DNA of 64,000 nt from Chloroflexota bacterium (GTDB lineage: Bacteria; Chloroflexota; UBA6077; CF-72), in contig JAFAZN010000231.1 in assembly GCA_019239775.1 (NCBI GenBank), forward strand, positions 12,741-76,740, in the 5' to 3' direction. A program made the translations under genes and the position numbers. Below the pieces are notes generated by a model. That model saw nothing but the letters and a program-made list of their open reading frames with translations, ran no database searches and was not told the DNA's origin. Below, in pieces: positions 58,775-64,000 of the stretch (position 1 is the first letter of the stretch; each line of letters opens with the position of its first letter).

Positions 58775-58982
58775 TGCGCATGGCCCCAAACCAAGTCCAG
58801 GGGGCATTTACTGGTGTCGTCGTGGAGACGTCTGTGACTCCACCAACCGATCTGCCTGTACACCCCTTCGGACACCTTAGCCAACGGACGGCGACGGAAC
58901 TTTGCGGCCTTAGGAGGACTATTCGCCCGACCTGGAACTCGGCGCGGACGAGCTTAGACGCCGCTGGACGGACCGCGTGGCA

Positions 58983-59023
58983 TTCGTAAAGCCTGGGTCG
59001 GGGGTTCAAATCCCTTCGTCGGC
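58983..59023 (+). repeat. Partial tRNA-Thr 3' half (candidate attR)
   Basis: TTCGTAAAGCcTGGGTCGGGGGTTCaAATCCCTTCGTCGGC matches 41674-41714 at 39/41 positions. There is no D-arm or 5' acceptor strand upstream. Confidence 0.8.
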
Positions 59024-59059
59024 GCCGGACTTGGCCGACCCAGGCGGAACGGTCGGTAC

Positions 59060-59971
59060 TTAGCTGGACAGGTCGGCGATCCAGCCTTCTACTTGGGCTC
59101 GGTCGGAGGCGTTGGGGGTTAGGGACAGGTAGGCCTGGTAGTCCGAGATTGCTTCGGTTGAGTCGCCGAGCGAGGTTCGCGCCAGGCCGCGCGCTCGGTA
59201 GGCCCACGCGGAGATGCGATCGGGACTCGTGCCTTTGTCGATCGCGAAGTTCAGATCGTCCAAGGCCGCCTGCACGTCGCCTAGCCAGAGGTGTGCAATG
59301 CCGCGGCCGACTCGGCTCGGCCGATCGTCCGGCATCAACTGGATGGCCTGGTCGAAATCTGCCGCCGCGTCGGCATAGCTGTTCATGCGAATACGCGTAT
59401 CACCGCGCCAGTAATAGAAGTTGCCCGTGGTGGGCGCTTCCTGGATCGCTTGCGTGAGCAACTGGTCAGCGGTCGTGAAGTCATTGTCCAGCCGCGCGGC
59501 CATTGCTTTTTCAAATGCCACGCGCCCTGGCCACGGCCCCATGTCGATGGCGTTCGTCGAGACCCAGGCAAGCAACTTCTTCTCGCCCTTGAACAGGCCA
59601 GCCACGAGGGTGAGGGTCTTTACTTCAGGCCGCAGCGTGTAGTTGATGTCCAGGACCATCTGTCCCGAGCCCTGCTGCACCGGGATCGCATTCGAACTGT
59701 CCTGGGTCGACTGATCGGAGCTGTTTTCGAACAGGAACAACAGCACGGTGCCTGACGATACCGACGTCAATCGGTAGTTGATCGTCGCCTCAAATTGGAC
59801 GTCCTGCGGCGGACTATCAGCGCTCGGCTGACGTGTGGTCAATCCAACCAGCTCAACCTTGTCACCCTGCGCCGGCGCTGGGTTGGACTGTGCCAGGGCG
59901 GGCAACGACCCGACCGACATCAGCAGCGCGAGCGCCAGCATCGGGACGGATAGCCGCCAGGACGATGGCAT
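59060..59971 (-). CDS. secreted protein with a beta-rich N-domain and C-terminal TPR repeats
   Basis: ATG at 59971 (MPSSWRLSVPMLALALLMSVGSLPALAQS signal). TPR-like ADFDQAIQLMPDDRPSRVGRGIAHLWLGDVQAALDDLNFAI... The track start at 60043 overlaps the upstream gene. Confidence 0.75.
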   Translation of the reverse strand: MPSSWRLSVPMLALALLMSVGSLPALAQSNPAPAQGDKVELVGLTTRQPSADSPPQDVQFEATINYRLTSVSSGTVLLFLFENSSDQSTQDSSNAIPVQQGSGQMVLDINYTLRPEVKTLTLVAGLFKGEKKLLAWVSTNAIDMGPWPGRVAFEKAMAARLDNDFTTADQLLTQAIQEAPTTGNFYYWRGDTRIRMNSYADAAADFDQAIQLMPDDRPSRVGRGIAHLWLGDVQAALDDLNFAIDKGTSPDRISAWAYRARGLARTSLGDSTEAISDYQAYLSLTPNASDRAQVEGWIADLSS

Positions 59972-60012
59972 TTTGATGTTTGTGCGAATTGACAAGGTAA
60001 GCCTCCTCCCGT

Positions 60013-63000
60013 TTACCCGAGGCGCAGAACGCTGAGGATCCAAAGACGCATGGCACTGAGAATCAATCGAAGGGCGGTCAGCCGACGCGCTGTGCCGCGG
60101 AACATGCCGCCATTACGAGGTGGCAGGACGAACACACGTCGAACGCGACGGACCGCGCGTGCGCCGCGGTCGACCAGGTTGCGGAGGAGCAGACGGCCGC
60201 GCGGTGTCGCACCCAACAGGGCGAGGACTGCGCCGAGAAGCGCAACCACGGCCGCCTCCAGGCCGCCTGGCCCGGTGGAGTCCGCCTGATCGGCCGCCGC
60301 AGCACTGGAGTCGTCGGTACTGGTCGCGACAGCAGCGCTCGATCGAGCTGCTGGCACCGGCATTGGCAGGGCCTCGGCGTCCGGCCAGCCTGCCGACACG
60401 TTGTAGATGCCGAGAAGCGGCAGCGGTCCACCGTCATCATCCTCACTGTTGGCGCCAATGCCCTGGTCAGAGGACGCAGTGCGAATAAGTCGGGCGGGCG
60501 TTCGACCCGACGCAGCTGGAGCCGGACCGGTCGAGCTGGCAACCTCGATCAAACTTGGCATCGGTAGCTCGTCGGCGCCGGGCCAACCGTTCAACGACAC
60601 ATTGACGTCAGTTCCAGCTGGCTTGTGCGTCTGCATGTTCGGCATCGGTGGCAGACGCCGTCCAGGCCACTGATCCCATAGGTCGACGTCTACGGTGTAA
60701 CCGGTGGGCATTAGACCGGGACTGATAGTGGTGAACTGCGTGAAGCTCCGGTGCCGGCTGCCACCGTTGGAACCCCCGGCATCTGACGAATCGGAGCCGG
60801 TGCGCGTTTGCGTTCCAGCAGACCCCGTCCCAGTGTTGGTTTTTGGGGAGGGCGTCGGAGTTGGTGTACTGTTCACGCCCACGAACGAACCGTTGGCGCA
60901 AATGCCACAGTCCGACTGCGAGCCCGTTTGATTCGAACCCGGTTGATTCGAGGTGGGATCCAGGGGGTTCGACACGTCAGCAGAGCTGAAGGTCATGGCT
61001 GCGAGGTTGCGCGACAGACAAGCAACCTCCGGATCCTGGCAAGCAGCCATCTGGATGTTCTGCTGTTGGAGTGTCGTGTGCATGCCGGTAGCGACCGAAT
61101 CGCCGCCGGTCGACGTGATTCCGGCCTGCGGAGTCGGAGTTGCCGCCGACGGTAGCTGGCGTTGAAGGAGTGGATTGGCGGCATCCGACGGCATGCTCTG
61201 CAGCAGCTGCGTGATCATTGCGGATGACACCGAACCACCGCCATTTCCACCGGCGATCTGCATGGAGGTAATCGTCGCGTCTGCAGAGTTGGCGACCGCG
61301 ACGGTGTTGCCACCCTTGGCGCCAACGGTCCAGGAGGAGGATCCGGAGGAAACGGTGCCACCGCTCGAGCCGTTGACTCCCGCAGGGTTCGAGGAGTGCG
61401 ATTGTGGTGCGGACGATGCGGAGCCGGTTGCCGCCGGACCTCCCACGGCGACGTTGCCGCTCGCGGCAGAGGCGGCGCCGTAATTGCGGATACGCGTATT
61501 GAAGTCGATGATGACCGTGATCGGAGCGTAGTTGTTGCCGTCGACTTCGACGGATGCATCTGCCCACATGTTGACCAGGTTCACCACCTGAAGCCCGGTC
61601 GCACTCACGCGCCCGCTGCTGGCCGTGCCGCCTCCCCCAGCGCCACCCGCCTGGGCATCGCCGGATTGACCAGCGCCAAGGCCCCAGTTGAGTAGATCCG
61701 CCGCCAGGTTGAGCATGACATTAATGGGGCTGTGGTTGTCACCTGTCACGTGCACCGAGGCGGAGGTCTGCATGTTCACGGTGTTCTGGACGGTGGCACC
61801 GGTCACCTGGACATCGCCGCTGGAGGCCTTGGTGGACGACTGGCTGGTCGTCCCTCCGCCGTTGCCAGTGGCGGTCGCGTCACCCGAACTTGCCGTCGCC
61901 GCTCCCCAATTCAGAATTTGCGTCAGGCTGTTGATGACGACCTGGATCGGGGCGAAGTTCTGGCCATGCACGTCGACCGAGACTCTTGCGTTGGTATTGA
62001 CGGTATTCTGCGCGACAACGCCCTCAGCACTGGTCGCACCACTCGCGGCCCGTGCGGCCTGGACACCCGCGGCGGTGAGCGGGGCTCCACCACTTGCGAT
62101 TCCGGTGGAACCCGAGGCTGCCGTCGCCGAGGCACCGTTGACAATCGACACCGAGTCGCTCGGTTGCACGTTGATCGGAGCGGTTGGCGCGGAGCTGCCT
62201 GGCACGGTAACAGTCGCGTTGGACGAAGTGGAAACGGTGTTCGCCGCTGACAGTCCAGTTGTCGAGACCGAAACGCTGTTCGGAGCGCCGCCAGTGACCA
62301 CGGGCGTCTTCACATTGCTCGGCGCACCGTTCGCGCCGGCCGCGACTGCCCATGCCTGACCAGACTGCGCCAGCGAGGCTGCTGTGTCGTTGATCGTTGC
62401 GCCGGATAGTGCCGTCACCGCCACTGGCGCCTGGCTCTGGCCTTGAACCGCGACGGCACCAGCCTGGGTGTTCGAAACCGTGTTCTGTGCGAGCACTCCG
62501 GTGCTGCTTGCGGCGCCTGATGAAGCGGTGGTGATACCTGGAGCTGGAGATGCGCCCGGAGCTGGCGTCGGAGCAAGCGCGATGCTATTGCCTGAGCGCG
62601 ATGTCGCGCTGCCAGTTTCCTGAACCTGACTCAGATGCGCATTGGTGGCAGTGACACTGCCGGTACCCCCGGCCACCAGCGCGCCAGTTATCTGCAAGTT
62701 GTCAGTTGTGGTGTTTACGTTTCCCGCGTTGGCAGTGGCGTTACCGCTGCTCGCGTTGGTGGCCGACGACGGGTCAACCGGGGCTGGATTCGCGATGGCC
62801 GCGGCCGGATTGGTGTTGGCGGGGGCTGCGGTGACGGCGGTGGTGCTGGGACTCGGAGTCACCGACGCGACCGGTGTCGTCTGCGCGGACGGAGATGCAA
62901 CGGCCGCTGCCACCAGTGGACTCACAACCGTCGCAACCGTTGTTGTCGCCGCGTTTGTGGTGCCTGTGCTCGCAGTCGACGTCGAGGACGAAGTTGCGGT

Positions 63001-64000
63001 TGAGGACGAACTCGCGGTCGAAGTGGAGGTGGAGACGGCTGTCGAGGTGGTGCTCGCGGCGACGGTTGTCGTTGCCGTAGTGGACGCAAGCGTTGCGTCG
63101 GCGACCGCGGCGGACTTCGGCGCACTCGTGCTGGGCGATGGCGAAGCGCTCGCGACCGGCGAGGTACTCGCCACCGGCGAGGTACTCGCCACCGGAGAGG
63201 TACTCGCCACCGGAGAGGTGCTCGCCACCGGAGAGGTGCTGGCCACCGGAGAGGTGCTGGCAGCCGGAGAGGTGCTGGCGGCCGGAGAGGTGCTGGCGGC
63301 CGGAGAACTGCTCGCGACCGGAGTTGACTCCTTGCCCTTGGACGTGTCACTTGAATTGTCTGCCGCACTGGTGTTCGTGACCGGCGTGCTCGCGGAGGTT
63401 GTCGTCTGGGTGGTGGTCTTGCTTGCCGTCTGCGTATTCGAGGACGAAGCGGTGGTGGAGGACGTCGCCGGCGCGGCCGCCGGAGCAGCTACGCTGGCGG
63501 TGTCAGGCAACTTCTTGGTCTGAACGGCGGGCTGAGGTTTCGGCGTCGCGGCGACGGTTGTCGACGGCGGTTTCGCAGCACCTGCGGCGGCGCCATTGCT
63601 CGAGCTGCTGTCCGTGGTCGACTTGTCGCTGCTCTTGGCCTTGTTGGCGTTGGACGTGCTGGACGTTTGCGACGACGTGGACGAATTGGAAGCGGAGGTT
63701 GTGCTACTGCTCGCGGTGTTGCCACTGCTCGCGGTGGTGCCACTGTTCGTGGTGGTGGAGCTGCTCGTACTGTTCGAAGCCTTGGAGCTGCTGGAGCTAT
63801 CGGTGCTCTTTGACGCGTTGCTCGGCGACTTATCTGTTGTCGTGTTCGACTGCGTGTTGCTCGACTTGGTGGTGTTGTCGGGTTTTGAAGCGGTCTGGCT
63901 GGACTGATTAGTACCGGAGGACGAGTAGACGTAGGGCAACGTCCAGATGGGCCCAAAGACAATCGCCGCCGCGAGGAAGGCGCAGAGCGCCGCGCGGAAG
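60013..64000 (-). CDS. giant (>1320 aa) Ser/Thr/Ala-rich modular repeat surface protein; 5' end runs off the window
   Basis: The frame stays open upstream of the track's TTG start to the window edge (..FRAALCAFLAAAIVFGPIWTLPYVY, a hydrophobic N-terminal helix). It has a low-complexity S/T region, (STSPxA)n, about five ~65-aa modules and C-terminal hydrophobic helices. Confidence 0.8.
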   Translation of the reverse strand, partial: FRAALCAFLAAAIVFGPIWTLPYVYSSSGTNQSSQTASKPDNTTKSSNTQSNTTTDKSPSNASKSTDSSSSSKASNSTSSSTTTNSGTTASSGNTASSSTTSASNSSTSSQTSSTSNANKAKSSDKSTTDSSSSNGAAAGAAKPPSTTVAATPKPQPAVQTKKLPDTASVAAPAAAPATSSTTASSSNTQTASKTTTQTTTSASTPVTNTSAADNSSDTSKGKESTPVASSSPAASTSPAASTSPAASTSPVASTSPVASTSPVASTSPVASTSPVASTSPVASASPSPSTSAPKSAAVADATLASTTATTTVAASTTSTAVSTSTSTASSSSTATSSSTSTASTGTTNAATTTVATVVSPLVAAAVASPSAQTTPVASVTPSPSTTAVTAAPANTNPAAAIANPAPVDPSSATNASSGNATANAGNVNTTTDNLQITGALVAGGTGSVTATNAHLSQVQETGSATSRSGNSIALAPTPAPGASPAPGITTASSGAASSTGVLAQNTVSNTQAGAVAVQGQSQAPVAVTALSGATINDTAASLAQSGQAWAVAAGANGAPSNVKTPVVTGGAPNSVSVSTTGLSAANTVSTSSNATVTVPGSSAPTAPINVQPSDSVSIVNGASATAASGSTGIASGGAPLTAAGVQAARAASGATSAEGVVAQNTVNTNARVSVDVHGQNFAPIQVVINSLTQILNWGAATASSGDATATGNGGGTTSQSSTKASSGDVQVTGATVQNTVNMQTSASVHVTGDNHSPINVMLNLAADLLNWGLGAGQSGDAQAGGAGGGGTASSGRVSATGLQVVNLVNMWADASVEVDGNNYAPITVIIDFNTRIRNYGAASAASGNVAVGGPAATGSASSAPQSHSSNPAGVNGSSGGTVSSGSSSWTVGAKGGNTVAVANSADATITSMQIAGGNGGGSVSSAMITQLLQSMPSDAANPLLQRQLPSAATPTPQAGITSTGGDSVATGMHTTLQQQNIQMAACQDPEVACLSRNLAAMTFSSADVSNPLDPTSNQPGSNQTGSQSDCGICANGSFVGVNSTPTPTPSPKTNTGTGSAGTQTRTGSDSSDAGGSNGGSRHRSFTQFTTISPGLMPTGYTVDVDLWDQWPGRRLPPMPNMQTHKPAGTDVNVSLNGWPGADELPMPSLIEVASSTGPAPAASGRTPARLIRTASSDQGIGANSEDDDGGPLPLLGIYNVSAGWPDAEALPMPVPAARSSAAVATSTDDSSAAAADQADSTGPGGLEAAVVALLGAVLALLGATPRGRLLLRNLVDRGARAVRRVRRVFVLPPRNGGMFRGTARRLTALRLILSAMRLWILSVLRLG
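63139..63322 (-). repeat. ~10 tandem 18-bp coding repeats (hexapeptide STSP[AV]A)
   Basis: Plus strand reads CGGCGAGGTACTCGCCAC / CGGAGAGGTGCTGGCGGC variants head to tail. Confidence 0.9.

Larger units (their letters stand above)
41674..59023 (+). mobile_element. Putative tRNA-Thr-integrated genomic island (~17.3 kb) with no recognisable integrase
   Basis: A 41-nt direct repeat (41674-41714 vs 58983-59023, 39/41 identical) corresponds to the tRNA 3' half. There is a decayed TA pair at the left edge and a gene-poor, AT-richer stretch at the right edge. Confidence 0.6.

Noticed and set aside
58941-59026. Possible complete tRNA, long-arm tRNA or tmRNA-like gene around the second tRNA-Thr fragment
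   Set aside because: GGCGCGGACGA could pair with the 3' strand. However, there is no D-arm, the anticodon stem has only 3 bp, and the upstream sequence has no tmRNA tag or pseudoknot features that I can recognise. The 3' 41 nt are simply a copy of tRNA-Thr. I interpret it as an att remnant.
58485-59207. 240-aa minus-strand ORF spanning the island boundary
   Set aside because: It is Arg/Pro-rich. It runs through the tRNA fragment and into the 3' end of the TPR gene on its coding strand, and has no motif. It is a shadow ORF.

Overview
High-GC bacterial chromosomal segment. Two chlor_Arch_YYY/DUF2298 proteins, Pro-Thr linker proteins and monoderm-style Tad genes suggest Chloroflexota, but this is inference only. 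All family assignments come from motifs read by eye in the supplied translations; no BLAST or HMM search was possible. 1-41.6 kb is densely packed and mostly housekeeping. It holds YYY-domain GT-C-like membrane giants, surE, a start/stop-overlapping chain cdd-glpD-glpK-M16 peptidase, and a ~7-kb minus-strand run mscS-tsaE-tsaB-rimI-polA-nei-fpg. It also holds cyclophilin, cysteine desulfurase, tsaD followed by two CIRCE operators and groES-groEL, a class-III aminotransferase flanked by a repeated hairpin element, map, coaE, a TolB-like propeller, uvrC, murE, an HPD-less J-like membrane protein, thrB-ask, a 7TM-PAS-GGDEF-EAL protein and a LysM protein. A tRNA-Thr(CGU) starts at 41644. The ~17.3 kb that follow it end in a 41-nt, 39/41-identical copy of the tRNA 3' half (58983-59023). 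This looks like a tRNA-integrated island with no recognisable integrase and a decayed hicAB pair at its left edge. Its cargo is a Tad/Flp-type gene set (2x CpaB-like, TadB, TadC, 2x TadE-like, TadG-like, receiver-CpaE/TadZ) that lacks the CpaF/TadA ATPase, Flp pilin and prepilin peptidase. The cargo also includes a 1366-aa sensor-PAS-HK-REC-REC-Hpt hybrid kinase, a GT2 synthase fused to a GH26-like hydrolase, and a secreted GH26 paralog. Right of the island lie a TPR protein and a >1300-aa Ser/Thr/Ala-rich repeat protein that runs off the window. The best candidates for undescribed biology are the island cargo (a phosphorelay-wired, ATPase-less Tad module with an adhesin-like pseudopilin and a synthase/hydrolase pair) and the giant modular repeat protein.
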